A stretch of DNA of 63,415 bases, counting the filler, from Sphacelaria rigidula (lineage: Eukaryota), in the NCBI GenBank assembly GCA_964200075.2. It is 10 parts of 10 records of this genome, joined end to end, with 100 filler letters (N's around TTAATTAATTAA, not from the genome) between each part and the next. Parts side by side here need not be neighbours in the genome. Positions count along the whole stretch, not along the records: positions 25,409 to 31,660 come from CAXNAA020021222.1; positions 31,761 to 38,011 come from CAXNAA020021223.1; positions 38,112 to 44,362 come from CAXNAA020021224.1; 7 more parts are not named here. One strand, given 5' to 3'. The notes beneath the pieces were generated by a model that searched no databases, was not told where the DNA came from, and saw nothing but the letters and a program-made list of their open reading frames with translations. Below are positions 25,450-38,399 of this stretch, piece after piece; the stretch's first letter is position 1; each line of letters opens with the position of its first letter. Both the position numbers and the translations under genes were made by a program.

Positions 25450-26130
25450 TCGCACAATTTGTTGTTCTAAGCATGAAATGAAAAATCGTGGAGCTCTACG
25501 GAGCAAGACGACGGCGGCGCAAAGTTATAAAACACGCAATACAATCGGGTGGCTCAAAAGAAAGTTATGGTGGACGCAAAAAATCGTGCAGCTCTACAGA
25601 GCAAGATGACGGCGACGCAGAATTATAATACACGAAAAACAATCGGGTGGCTCAAAAGAACGTTATGGTAGACGCGACACCAGGAGATGCAGAAAATATT
25701 GAAATGCATGATGAAAAAAAATCAATCAAGACCGAAAAAATTGGAAGCTTTACCGCACGTGCATTTCACAAAATCTCCATGAGCACAATAAAAATGCATA
25801 ACATACTGATCATGGTGGGTTGATTGTCCTGATTCGTTTTGCAACAAAACTACCGGAATAATATGGAGAATGTCTAGAACACGATCATTGCTGGTTAGGT
25901 ACAGCGATGATATTATGGCTGAACAGGTGTCGGTTAGGCGAAGGTGATACAATGCAGGCGACAATGACAAAAAAAAACTGTGCGATCAGATCGAAGCAAG
26001 GTTCATAGAGAATATGAGGGCGGAAAATACCCGTGCACATGACAAAAACGCCGACAGTAGGCGGTAGAGGCAAAAACAACACACCAAGCGGGACAACAAC
26101 AGCAAACCAGGGTAGCAGAAAGCACGGTGG

Positions 26131-26168
<38 letters not shown>

Positions 26169-26170
26169 TA
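25450..26170. repeat. ~720-bp repeat ending in (CAG)n/(CAA)n microsatellites; direct copy at 30830-31590
   Basis: Collinear similarity from CATGAAATGAAAAA..GCTCTACGGAGCAAGACGACGGCGGCGCAAA to CAGGGTAGCAGAAAGCACGGTGGAA-(CAG)n, with internal duplicated subunits. Confidence 0.9.
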
Positions 26171-26175
26171 CAACC

Positions 26176-26235
<60 letters not shown>

Positions 26236-27799
26236 GTAGTAATAGACAACAGCGACAACAGACAACAGACAACAATAACAACAACACAGAGCAGCAACAA
26301 CCAACGACACACAGCGGCGGCACGGCAGCGACGAACAACAGCGAAAACCACAACAACAGCAACAACGACGCGGCTGCACAGCTTCCGCAGCTGTCTGGAG
26401 CCTGATGTCCCGAAACGCCTCGCAGTATTTGTTAACCCTCTGGTTCGTGGAACTCGTGCAATCTCGTTCAACTGTATTGCCTTTTATCAATTGTTTTGGC
26501 TAGGTTATTTCACTTTTGCTTTGGACGTCTGCAGTGGCGTGCTGATGAACCATCCTGGATGAGCTCGTGCATAAAGCCGTTGGTGGCGCACTACGTGGGT
26601 TGCATGTAACGAAGTGCAATGCGGTGGGTACGGAGCATAGCGGGGCAAAACAAACTACGTAGCCCACGCTCAACTATTTACGCTCAACATGCGTATGGTA
26701 GGTAGACAGAACAAAAGAGTGCGAAGAGCCGAAGCAGTATACCATCATAGTACACTGTACATGCTCTCCAAACATCCCAGTGACACGAAGTCGTGAACTT
26801 CACAAGCACTGTCTTCTGCATGCTAAATGGTGTTGCAGGTAAGATACGCTGTGGACATTACAATTTGTGAACAGGCACACTATTAACTCTATATAAAAGA
26901 AGTAACATTTTACCTCATCCGACCCAAACGCCAGAAAACCCTTCCCTCCGGAAGGTTGTGGTCGGAGCATGCCAGTGTTGACTTTACACAAGCAAGGGTT
27001 GGACACCATGTCATGGTACGATACTCACCACCTAGGTAGGAAGGTGCCAGTTCAGTGAGCACCTGGGCTAGCGGGCTCAAACACAATCATGAGTATCGAA
27101 GCCATCGAGCTCGACTTTACCGAGTGCAGAGCCAGTCATGTTTGCAGCGTCGGGCTGCAGACTCGATGAGCCGCTCGGACGCCAGAACAACAAATCTTGC
27201 ATGGAGGTCAGGCCTACATTGTAAAAAGACCAGAGATCCCTCTGAGATTGCAGTCCGTGATGGCGTAGATGTTCTTGTATTATTGGCGTACAGGCTAACT
27301 TGTGCTTTGCTAGTTCAGATGCAAAGTCAAAAACGCTGTGACACGTGAGGGCAGCCGGCTCGATCCAACCATAATGGAGTATGACCCATCAGGTACCAAG
27401 CATGACAAAGTATGACACATGGGAACCTAATCGACTGGACAATGACCAATAAATCTGTAGCATCCCCCTAGCCATATTTATGTGGCTCAACATTTTTTTT
27501 TGGAAGGTTGGAAAGGCCGGAACAAAAACCAAGCCTGTGCATCATACGCCTGAAAGTAAAACGAGAAAAACCTGCTGAATTACAGTACAGGGGAAAACTC
27601 CATCCGTTAGGAAAGAAAACAAATCTATAATGCCCTTTCCAACGACAGAAACAGCAGACACGTACGGTCGCTGTCGTTTTCCCGGGATCTCAGTTAGACT
27701 GGAGAACGATCGGCTAGTTAGCTTGATCGCGCGTCGACACCCTGGATCAGTTATACTGGATTCTGGGCTTGTGCAGGGCTTGAACCTCGCTAAAAACAA

Positions 27800-28620
27800 C
27801 CTTTCCACGAACTGATCAATACTTACAGGAGTGCAGCTTTTGAGGGGTGCTCTTCTGTAACTACTGACGCCTATTCTACTGGAACTAGAGCCTACGCGCC
27901 TTGGCTCACACATGATCGTACGTTACCAAATGGGGAGCAATCGATAACAAAGCGACATAAGAAAAGACAGAACACTCGAAATTCATGACTGAAGCGTACG
28001 GTAGCGGCAATATATAGTTACTCATTCCCTTATTTCATCACCCATTCCTCTCGCAATAATATCATATAGCACATCACACAACAGCTATTCGTAAACGTCC
28101 TTGGCTCCAGTCTCTCTTTGGTTTCTCCGTTCCAGCTTGGGACGCTCGAGTTCCCGGCGAGATACCTCTTTCCAGTCTCCATCTTCGTATCGTACTCGCC
28201 GAAAGAAATTCCCATTATCATACACGTGGTGCTTCAGCTCGGCACTGCTGTAGCCTTTCCAGGAGGTAGCACCTATGGCAAAAGCTTCAAGGCATCACTA
28301 CGTGGGGAAGCGGGATGCCTCGAGTGCGATGGCGGGGTCGAAGAAACTGTGGGGTGATATAGGTGCAAAAGGCTTAGGACGCAGTATGGGGCAATGGGCT
28401 GTGGGAAAATATATGAGGAACTGTGATCGAAGGAAAGGTGTGGACGATGAAGACGACGGAAATGTGCCAAAAGTGCGATGATGCTAGACAGAGAAATATC
28501 GAAATATTTCGAAATTTGCAAGGAGTCACACCAGGATGTACGTTATCACCCTCTCTACTCGAGGTATTCTTTGATTGACCTGATACTAGCATTAGACATT
28601 GCAAAGCAAGGGGTAAAGTT
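27800..28620 (+). mobile_element. Very decayed Ty1/copia RT-RNase H remnant
   Basis: Ordered degenerate motifs YRSA..GALL*L, VVLQLGTAVAF, SLRGEAG..DGGVEE and KESHQDVRYH (cf. copia KHIDVRYH). Many disablements. Confidence 0.45.
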
Positions 28621-31600
28621 GCTGAAGAAATTGGAAGCAGTGCATATAATGATAATGATAATACTTTGATGCGAAAACGGTGCAAATGGCAGCTGGTGAA
28701 AGCATACTTGGATGCCATAAAATTAGTGAACACGTTGTGAACAGTACAGATTACAACAGCTCAGAGAATACTTGGATGCAGTGAGGTTGGTGAAGGAGTT
28801 GGGAACAGGACAGATTACAGCAGCTAGGGGAATTACTTGGATGCTCGAAACAAATGAGTACGCCCCCCCCCCTTTTGAACTCTTTCCCTTTTCCCCACCC
28901 GTCAGTGCCTGAAACAACGTAGAGTTCTCGACAATCCAACATGGTGCAAGATACAGACAATGTAGTCCAACATGACACAAATTCAGGGGTCAGGTGGAAT
29001 GTGGGTGTGGCGTTCGAGTTTGGTCCCCGTCAAGGTGTGACGCAAAGCACTTTGGGTATGAGGTGTTTCGGATGGGGTGGGCGGATATGGAAGGAGTTTC
29101 TTGCTATTGAGACAGCGGTGGTACGTGTGTAATGTTTACGGCCAGTCCAGAGCTCGAAGGGGAATGTGTCAGACGGTAGCATGGCGTCGGGTCGTCGGGT
29201 AGGGTACGATTGCGCAAGAGTGTGCGTGAAACGTACTTTCTCTGGGGCCAAGATTTGTACAATTCTGTAACCTTTTCAGCAGCCGTCCCCCTAGTTTCTC
29301 GAAACCTGTGAAACTGTAGACATGATTATTCATGGCGAAAATAAAATAGACAAGGCATGCTGAATAAAAATATAATTATGAGGTACGTCGTACTAAATAT
29401 GCGGAGACAAAGCACAGAAATGACAAGTGGTGAAGTTTTGCTGCAGTTGTATGGCACATGAGTTTGACAGCAAAAGGAGAGCGCGCGTTTACCTACATCG
29501 TGCAGCAATACTGTTGGCTTTCCTACTTATTTAGAATATCGGTCAGCGGGGTGACTAGAATGCTACGCTCCTGGACATACTGTCCAAGGTACGCGGTGAA
29601 TTTAGAAACGAACGTAGTTCTTCGACTGTGTGGGCGTGACGTCTGAGCAATTGCGTTGCGTTTGGAGGGGGCTGGTTGTATGCCGGTATTATCGATTAAC
29701 AGGCCCAGGAACCTGTGAGACCCTGCAGTGAAGATATATTAGGCGAATATGGCAAATTTTACCAAACATGAAATCGTGTAGTCGATAAGCTTTGCCGGGG
29801 AAAGTTGGGTGAAGAACACCTCGGTCAAGAAGCTTGTGCATTTTTTTTCTGATCATGCGGCGTTCTTATAATGGGAGGCCGCGTTGTTTTGTGGCAAAGG
29901 GTGAGCACGCGAGACAGCAACCAGCAAAAAATATGGAACTCGTGCTTCGCCCCCTCCAAGGGACTTCAGCGACCACATCAGCGGAATGAGTGTCTGAAAA
30001 CCATATGTGGGGTCTGTAAGAACTGTCAAAGACACGGTATGTAGTCGCGCAGTCACCTTGCATGGTACGCTGGGCATGAAGGGCAAAAAGATAAAGCAGG
30101 GGAACTAAGTCTGCGTACTGCATAAGTAATGACAAGACATTGCATGGGAATATTTATGGTTGCATGGTATCGAAAGCCAAGTTTAAAGCAACTAAACAAA
30201 GTAGTATCCAACTACGGTATCAGGAAGGGACAAGGTAGTAGTCAACTCCGGTACAGGGTGCGTCAAAAAGTCAACCTGTTGAATAGCAAACCATACAATC
30301 GATCACCAGAGTGGGATAAAAATGGAGATCATGTTTGGTGACACCAAGGCAATAACCCCGCCACCAGGATCCTTTTAAGGTACACGGGATTAGCTATACC
30401 AAACCAGATTGCTGACACTCCACGCCGGAACATACCGTCATGAGCAAACCGTTTAGGGTTTCCTGCGTGTCCTGCCCAAAGCAATGTCGTTCAGCGCCGG
30501 TTCACACATCGGGATGCGACACACCCAAGGCAAGAGTGTAGGTGAAACAAGGAAGGAAGTAATAGAGGGCACGGCTAGTATGCGTTGAAAGTCTTGGGGT
30601 CCGTGAAAATATGGCTCGGTTTTATAGCACGTGACGCAGATCGAAATGTCGTGTGGTGGGCGGTAAATTCGGCGTTTCGGCCTTGCGAACCAGATAGATG
30701 AAACGATTACAAGCGGAATCCTGCTCAAGCATGATGAGTATAGGCAGCGCGACAGACAAGGCCCTGCGGATATCCTACACCCGCACGGTCAAAGAAAAAC
30801 ATCACGAGCGCCAAACACAATACAAAATTACCAGAACATGAAATGAAAAACAGTGCAGCTCTACGGAGCAAGACGACGGCGGCGCAAATGATAAGACAAT
30901 CAAAATAAAATACAACATTTCCAAAACATGAAATGAAAAATAGTGCAGCTCGAAAGAGCAAGATGACGGCGGCGCAAAAATATGAAGCACTCAAAAGACA
31001 ATCGAGGGGCTCAAAACACGGTTATGGTAGACACGACACCCGGAGAGGCAGACAATATGAGTATGTGAGATGAAAGAAAAGCAAACAAAATCGAAATAAA
31101 ATGAAAGCTTTACTGCATGTGCATTCCACAAATCCCCATGGCCACAATAAAAATGCAACCCCGGAAGCAAAGTACATACTGATCATGGTGGGTTGATTGT
31201 CTCAATTCAATATGCAACAAAAATACCGAAATGCCATGGAGAATGCCTGGAACACGATCATTGCTGGTTAGGTACAACGGTGATGGAATGGGTGAACAGG
31301 TGTAGGTTAGGCGAAGGTGATGCAATGCAGGCGACAATGACAAAACAAAAGCTCGATCAGATCGAAGCAACGTTAAAAAAAACATGAGGGCTGAAAATAC
31401 GCGTGCACATGACAACATGCGATGCGATAGCAAGCGAAAAACGTACAGCCGACAGTAGGCGGTAGAGGCAAAAACAACACAACAAGCGGGACAACAACAG
31501 CCAACCAGGGTAGCAGAAAGCACGGTGGAAACAGCAGCAGCAGCAGCAGCAGCAGCAACAGCAACGATGGCAGCAGCAGCAGCAGCAAACAGCCAATCAT

Positions 31601-31760
31601 CTATATTGAGGATGGTGCTATTGATTGAGGATGAGAACCCGGAGGATTAAAATCTTCGTANNNNNNNNNNNNNNNNNNNNNNNNNNNNNNNNNNNNNNNN
31701 NNNNTTAATTAATTAANNNNNNNNNNNNNNNNNNNNNNNNNNNNNNNNNNNNNNNNNNNN

Positions 31761-32652
31761 GCCGCGCTTTACCAAGCGTTCCACCGCCGCATCCCGCTCC
31801 TCGATCACCTGCCTCCCAGTCTCTTGACAAGCATCCACCGACAAGCTCACGCGACGACTGCCCAAAAAGGCGGTCGTCTCCACGTGCAGAACAGGCGGAG
31901 AAAGCTGCGTCTTGATGGAGTCCCACGACTGCGCGTACGGGTCGACTCCTAGATCCTGTAGCGTCGGCGACCCCAGAAGAACAACGCCATCCGACCCCGG
32001 CATAGTCGCAAACGAGATCGGAGGCAACGGCGTCGGCTCTTAGGAAGTCGTGAACATCAGCTGCAACGGAACTGTGCGCTCTGTGACGTGAAGATGCTGA
32101 TCCGACGTGTTGACAGCTTGCCGCACCCCGAGCGAAAACGGAATGCACAACGGCACACCCGGGAGAAGACGCTCCAGCATCTCTACAATCTTCACCGACA
32201 GACTCAAATGACACGTGAAGTGGGCGCCAGAATCTCATACAGCCCGAACCGCAATGGCTCCACGCTCCCGTTGATTCGGAAGATCCAGCTCCGCAGGAAC
32301 GCATTTGCCCGCAAACTCCACTGGCACTTCATTTCGCCGACCCATGCACCGCTAATCCTTCTGGACGCCACGGCTGCGCAAGTTGCGCAGGCGAAAACGC
32401 CCCGGCAGGTTGAAACGGCAACGCCGGCGGGTACGACCCCAGCCAGCAGACGAGGAATTTGGCGACCCTCCAACTAGCGCATCAGCAGGCGTCGCGCCTG
32501 GCGCTGCTGCCGGTTTCGCCACCGGTGCCACCACCGGCGCCGGGGCAGTGCTCGACACTGTAGAAATCGGTTCCACCTGCACCGCACCGTGCGGAACAGC
32601 AGCATCTATGGCGGCGCCGGACTCAGAACCAGACCCACGCTGACGCCGCCGC

Positions 32653-32683
<31 letters not shown>

Positions 32684-32989
32684 AAGGGCTCGACTGCGAC
32701 CCTCCACCGCCGGAGAATCCGCCGCCGCTACCAACCTGATTACCTCGTCCTTTTCCTTTGTGATTGATTGGTTGATTGATTGATTGATTGATTAACTATC
32801 TCACATTAGCTGATTGCAACAATCCAGCCCGTGGTCAGGAGCAGCAAAAATATAACACAATAATAAAAATAAAAATAGTAAAGAAAGGAACAGAAAACGA
32901 CAGAAGCAACGGCCTCAGAACGGAAAGAAAGGGGTCAGCGGTAACAACAAAAAACACCATCACTATCACCACCACCAACATCAACAACG

Positions 32990-33063
<74 letters not shown>

Positions 33064-34685
33064 GATGATTGTCGTGCATTACGTAGCTGATTGCAACACT
33101 CCAGCTCGTGATCAGAAACAAGAAGGAGGAACATGAAAAAAACGAAAGAAAAGAAAAGAAAAAGAAAATAATATAACGTAAAAAAAAGAGGAATACAGTG
33201 GACAAGAAGACAGAGCCAGGCTCGTTCCGGCGGCGGGGGAGGGGGAAGCACAGACGAAACAAAAACAAAAACAAACAAACAAAACAAAACACCAGGAACA
33301 AAAGATGAACAAAGCAGAGATGGGGACCAAATACATTGCTCTGAGTATCTGCCGTAGGCTATGGTGAGCTGCTGTTGGTACTGTCGGTCCCAGGTGCTGT
33401 TGGTGCATCTTGGCCTGCAGCTTTCGCGTGCCGTATCGCTGCCTCTGCGTCATCCTTTTAGCACCAGTCCGCCATAAACCTTTCTGCTCCCTGTTCAACA
33501 CAGCTGGGCCACTCTACTGCATTCAAGGCTCTGGTAGTCCACCCCTGCCATTCGATACCAAACGCCTTCATGTCTTCCGCTAGGCAGCGGATTCAGTCCT
33601 TGTGCCTGCCGTTAAACTCTCTTTTTTGCCCCTTCACGGCTATAATTTCACCGAACATGACGTGTTTCGGTATCCGTCCGGGTGACATGCGCGTGACGAA
33701 TTGGCAAAATGGAGTCTCCTCTTCCTCACCGTCGTCTTGATGCTTCGCACCCTGTCCTCGCCAGGGTCTCTTGGTATGACAGAACGTGGTCTGTGCGATT
33801 GCGCTTGTGCCATCCAAGACAGCGCCTGAGCAACGCATGGTGGGCCGTGCGCAGTGTACTGTAGTGATCGCTGAGAGGGTCCACTTGACGCACCCGTACA
33901 GGAGTGCTTCGATAGCCTCGGCTTTGATCATGCGGACCTTGAGGTGGACGGCCGCGTTCGGTCGATTGTACAGTTGGACTTTGTACTTGTGGTAGCATTG
34001 TGCTGACGATGCTGATGGCGCGCGGCATAAGAATGCCCAAACTCTCGACCGGAAGACGTTGGGCAATCGCGCGCGTAATGGCCGACCTGGCCACAACAGT
34101 GGCATGTGCCCGCCGCATGCCCAGCATGCTTTTTGATCGCCGCAACCAATTGCCGGGAGTGATTGTGCTCTTTTCACGTTCCGCACGCGCCAACACTCTT
34201 TGTACATGCGTCGGTACTTGTTAAGCCATCGACACTACCTGGTGTCGCTCTGCACCTTTTGCCTTAGCGTGCTCCACACGCTTACTGTACTCCGCGTACT
34301 TCGTATAAAAAGTGCGAGATGCACTCTCGGAGTACCTTTTCCCGTATTGGGGAGCTCGCAACTTTTCGCGCATAACCACGGGCGTCACGCTGGACGTACT
34401 AACCTTTCGCAGGCCAGCGGACCTTCGCGAATTGCACACTTCCTTGCTTCGTTGCCGCACCACACAGTCTTAGGAGCCTCCAAACTCCCGTGGCACGCAG
34501 CTTCAGCGAGTCTCTCGTCTGGATCAATCACAGGTCAGCCACCTTTCTGCAGCTACCATCAGCTTGAACCCCCTCCACGCGTCCGTGATACTTCAGGTTG
34601 TCCCCAGCCGCCAGACTCTCCGCCGAAATCCTTCCCCGCAGTTCCTGCTAGGTACTATTTCTAGCACTACCACTAATATCGATAT
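31761..34685 (-). mobile_element. Ty3/gypsy gag-protease region (decayed), split by a LINE insertion
   Basis: CX2CX4HX4C knuckle CHCCGQVGHYARDC (34063-34104). The frame continues across the insertion as HQHRQH|KGKGRG. Aspartic protease AVRAV*DSGAHFT (32226-32234) and later VVLLGSPTLQDLG. Confidence 0.8.
32763..33997 (-). mobile_element. 5'-truncated RTE-clade LINE (RT C-terminus, 3' UTR, (AATC)n tail)
   Basis: LKVRMIKAEAIEALLYGCVKWTL..HHALLRRCLGW..RIPKHVMFGE is typical of the RTE C-terminus. (AATC)n tail; TTGTG duplicated at 32758-32762 and 33998-34002. Confidence 0.88.
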
Positions 34686-34953
34686 TATGGCGCCAGCCAG
34701 AAGAAGAACTGGTGGATCACTGCTGTTGGGGGACTCCCTAGTCTTACTGGCATCAGTTCCAGTTGTCAGCCTTCACAACATTCTAATTATCAGGAGTCTC
34801 CTACCAGGCACCAACCTCCTAGACACGCAGGGTATCATCCCTGTGTCCCGGTCATTATCCAGAATCTTCCAAGAATCCCCCAGAATCCCCCTGCCCCCAG
34901 TCATCATCCAGATCATCACTACCAAATCAACGTAACGGTGTATTTTTGTCACA
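34686..34953 (-). mobile_element. 5' LTR of the gypsy element (268 bp)
   Basis: Begins TGTGAC, ends CTGGCGCCATA; homologous along its length to the LTR at 37462-37710; directly upstream of gag. Confidence 0.75.
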
Positions 34954-36329
34954 GATCAAACGTCATATTCAAAAGTTCCATCGCATCTCACAGCCTAGTT
35001 ACGCGTGTTCATTCTAATTTACAGTTCCCCGCCGCCTCGCCCCCTCCAGTCAAATTTGGGCTGATAAAACACTTTGTGTGCAGTACACGGACTGAGGGAT
35101 ATACCCTTACCTGAATCGAGCACCAATTTCTCAGATAACCAATGGCCAGGAGTCGTACCCTTTTTTTAAACGTGACGGTCCATGCGAAGATAATGCGGAA
35201 AATGACCGCGCGGATAAGTGGAATCAAGCTCAGAGAGCGAAACGCTCGATATTCCCAGCAAAAAAGCGAAGTTCCGGTGCTTCGCCGCGAGTGATTTAAT
35301 CTATCGCGGCAGTTTTCGCGCCCGATATTGGCATTCATATAACTTACTGAAATACAAGTCAACGATGCGGATGAGTCGGGTGAGAACCAAACATCTGCGG
35401 TAAACCTTTGACCTTGGTAGTGTTGACTGCCGTCCGGTATTCATCGTCTATGGCAGGGCTTACACAGCATTTATTTTCGCAATTTCTTCAACTGTTGGTA
35501 TAGAATGTGATGTTTTCTGGGCTTTATTGAGTTTATTGACCCACGGTGTTTGTGAGGACGAATCCGTAGCTTCAGGGGATGAAGTAGTCCAATCCATGCT
35601 CGGGCACTTACTTCGAACTCTACTACTGAGAGTCGGGATCAGCACTCCCGTATCACATCCACCACCTTCAGTTTTTTTTTATTGTGATAGCGAGTCATGT
35701 TGTCACGTCTTCGGTGGACGAAAACCAGAACTGAAGACTTTCCTCTCTGTTTTCGAGTACCAAGTCCGCCTCAACTAGTTGTTAAGGTCAATGATATTGT
35801 CAATGTTGATGTGCCGCAGCAGTTCGACGACCGGAGCACGGCCGACACTGTTACACCCTTAACATATTGGTGACGGGATCTTGGCTGTTGCGTTTTGATG
35901 GCGATTTGGAGTTCGGACGATTGATTGGCTGTCGCACTTTCACTGACCCCCTAGGGCTCCAGCCGTGGTCACATAATAGACGTATGTACCAGGGGAAAAC
36001 AAAGCTGAAACACGTGCTGAAGAAAAAGGAAGAATAAAAAGAAAACGTAGAACAGAACAGCAGATTAGACCAAGAAAAGATGAAAAAAAAGAAAAAGAAG
36101 ACAACAGAGAGAAAGAAGATCGAAAATAGAAACGGCCAGCCTCTACCACATGGCTTTGGTGAAAATGGGTTTGCTCAGAACCCACACTTCTACCCAATCA
36201 ATCGTAGAAAACGATGATATTTAGGGGCTTTGCGGAATATGTATGGCGGTTGGTGACGTTATATATCGATACATTCCTCACACGCAGCCATATGGCTCAC
36301 CCCTACGTCCCTCTGAAATGGTATTTTTT

Positions 36330-36690
36330 CTGCCCTCTGGAAGGAGGACAACCCTCCTGTTCCCTCCAGAGGGACTCTGTGGATGCCCTCTGGAGAGACG
36401 GCGAGCCTCCAGAATGGTAAGGTTTGCTGCACTCTGGAAGGAGGACATTACCCCTGTTCCCCCCAGAGGGTATCCACGGAGTCACTCTGCGGGGACGGCG
36501 AGCCTTCAGAATCATAAGTTTTTCTCCCCTATGGGGAGAGGACATCACCCCTGTTCCCTCCAGAGGGTATCCACGGAGTTACTCTGGAGGGACGGAGCGA
36601 AAAAGGCGAACCTCCAGTCGGGTAGGTTGCGCTGTCCTCTGGAGGGAACTGGAGGTGGTCCCTTCCCTCCAGAGATACAGAACAAACATT
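36330..36690. repeat. Tandem array of ~97-bp units with inverted CCTCCAGAGG/CCTCTGGAGG motifs
   Basis: Three to four units of CTCTGGAAGGAGGACA..CCCTGTTCCCTCCAGAGGG..CTCTGGAGGGACGG. The same core motif recurs at 57685-57755, 58148-58240 and 60095-60395. Confidence 0.8.
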
Positions 36691-37303
36691 CCTCAAGAAG
36701 GGAGAGGGGTGGATAATACTCTGGAGGCGAAAGAGTATTTATTGGCTCAGGCACAGGGTAATGGTTATATATCTTTAATTAGCGCGCACCCAACTTCTAC
36801 TGTAACTTAGGAGAGTGCTGAAGGAGAGGGAAGCTGATGGCGGAGCAACGGGTTGGGTGCGTGCAGCTCGTGGGCCCGTCAACCGTACTGTACCACATTT
36901 GCACACACTTGACTGTCGGTATTTGTACGTCACCCCGATCCCCTGTTCTGCCTAGATCCAGCATCACTAAGCATCGGAATCACTCGAATACACCCCCGAC
37001 CGGATACCTCAGCAATCAAAGCTCAAAAAACAAAAACGTTTCAAGGAGGAAACTCGGCCTCCCGAGCAAAACCCCCCATCACACAAACCCCGCCGCTTGT
37101 GCTCAAAAACAAACAGCCCTTTTTCGCAGACGCTCAGGCCAGGGCACCTGCACTTGACAACGGGAAACGCCCTACAAACCCATGCCTCAAAAAGTAGCGT
37201 GAGCGGCTTCACCGGACATAAGTGCAGATGCATTACGTAAACCATGAGCTGGAACATTTGGAGCTGGCAAATCGAAAGACACACACAAAAACAGCATATG
37301 TGC

Positions 37304-37461
37304 CTACTCGCTGTCCCCAATGTTTGTCAAGGCGCGACGATGCCTCTTGAACAGCGTGATTGGGAGCGGCTTTGTGAGAATATCAGCGTGTTGCCACTCT
37401 GAATCCACATGTACAATCCTTACTGCTCCCGCCCTAAGTAAATCCCTAATAAAGTGCCACC
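37304..37461 (-). mobile_element. Ty1/copia RNase H C-terminus (open to stop), interrupted by the chromovirus LTR
   Basis: (R)WHFIRDLLRAGAVRIVHVDSEWQHADILTKPLPITLFKRHRRALTNIGDSE*, with the canonical copia ADILTKPL motif. Confidence 0.92.
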
Positions 37462-37710
37462 TGTGACGCCAGTCAGTGGAGGCGCTGTTGGATCACCGCT
37501 GTTGAGGAACTCCCCAGTCTTACTGGCCTCAGTTCCAGTTGTCAGCGTTTATAGCATGCTCATTATTCAGGAGTGCCATCCAGGGGGCTCCATAAGCCAT
37601 ATCAGGGTATCACCCCTGTGTCCATGTCATCACCCATATCATCATTACAGACCCCAGGTCAGCATCCAATCATCACTATGTACTCAACGTGACGGCATGA
37701 TTTCGTCACA
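37462..37710 (-). mobile_element. 3' LTR of chromovirus (249 bp) with polypurine tract
   Basis: Perfect TGTGACG...CGTCACA termini; G7 tract at 37714-37720 just upstream on the minus strand. Confidence 0.88.
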
Positions 37711-37791
37711 GCACCCCCCCAAAGCGCGTTGGACGAGAATCGACCAACAAGCTTAACACTCAGAAAAGTAACGCCAAAACGATTGAGCAAG

Positions 37792-38011
37792 TCACAACTG
37801 AATCCCAAACTCCCGCTTAATGCGAGCAGCAATGGAACGAGTCACTCGCACCTTAAGCAAATCCTTTTCGAGAAATTCCGGAGCTGCCTCAAGAATGTTT
37901 TTAAAAGGCTCCCACGTACGCTCCTCGAGCTCAAAACCTACCCAGTTGACCAATAACAACAAATTGTGAGAATTGAGGTTTAACTTCGAGATGAGGCTCA
38001 AGCCTAAAACA
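37792..38011 (-). mobile_element. Chromodomain at the integrase C-terminus of a Ty3/gypsy chromovirus
   Basis: LLVNWVGFELEERTWEPFKNILEAAPEFL matches the chromodomain LVxWxG..TWEP pattern; followed by stop, PPT and LTR. Confidence 0.9.
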
Positions 38012-38399
38012 NNNNNNNNNNNNNNNNNNNNNNNNNNNNNNNNNNNNNNNNNNNNTTAATTAATTAANNNNNNNNNNNNNNNNNNNNNNNNNNNNNNNNN
38101 NNNNNNNNNNNCCCTCCCTCCCTCCCCCATGTAATGTATGGAAGAGACGTGATGAGCGCCCAAATGTTGGAGATGTCTATATTAGGGGAAGGAACCGTGC
38201 TCCATCTCGAACGGGGTGCATGATCAGTGGTCAAATGACTATGGCAAGCAACAAGTGAGTCCCCCCCCCCCTAGCTTCTATGAAATGAGTTGGGGGTATA
38301 TGTACGAAGACGATACTTCAGCAGGGAAATGTCTCGCCGGCTACAGGTGCGAGTATGTTGTACCATTTTTTACGTTTCTTCTGCATGTCTTGCGTGACC

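Noticed and set aside
34547..34558. TGGTAGC primer-binding-site-like motif for the gypsy element
   Set aside because: It lies ~130 bp from the inferred LTR end rather than adjacent to it, and cannot be matched to a tRNA here.
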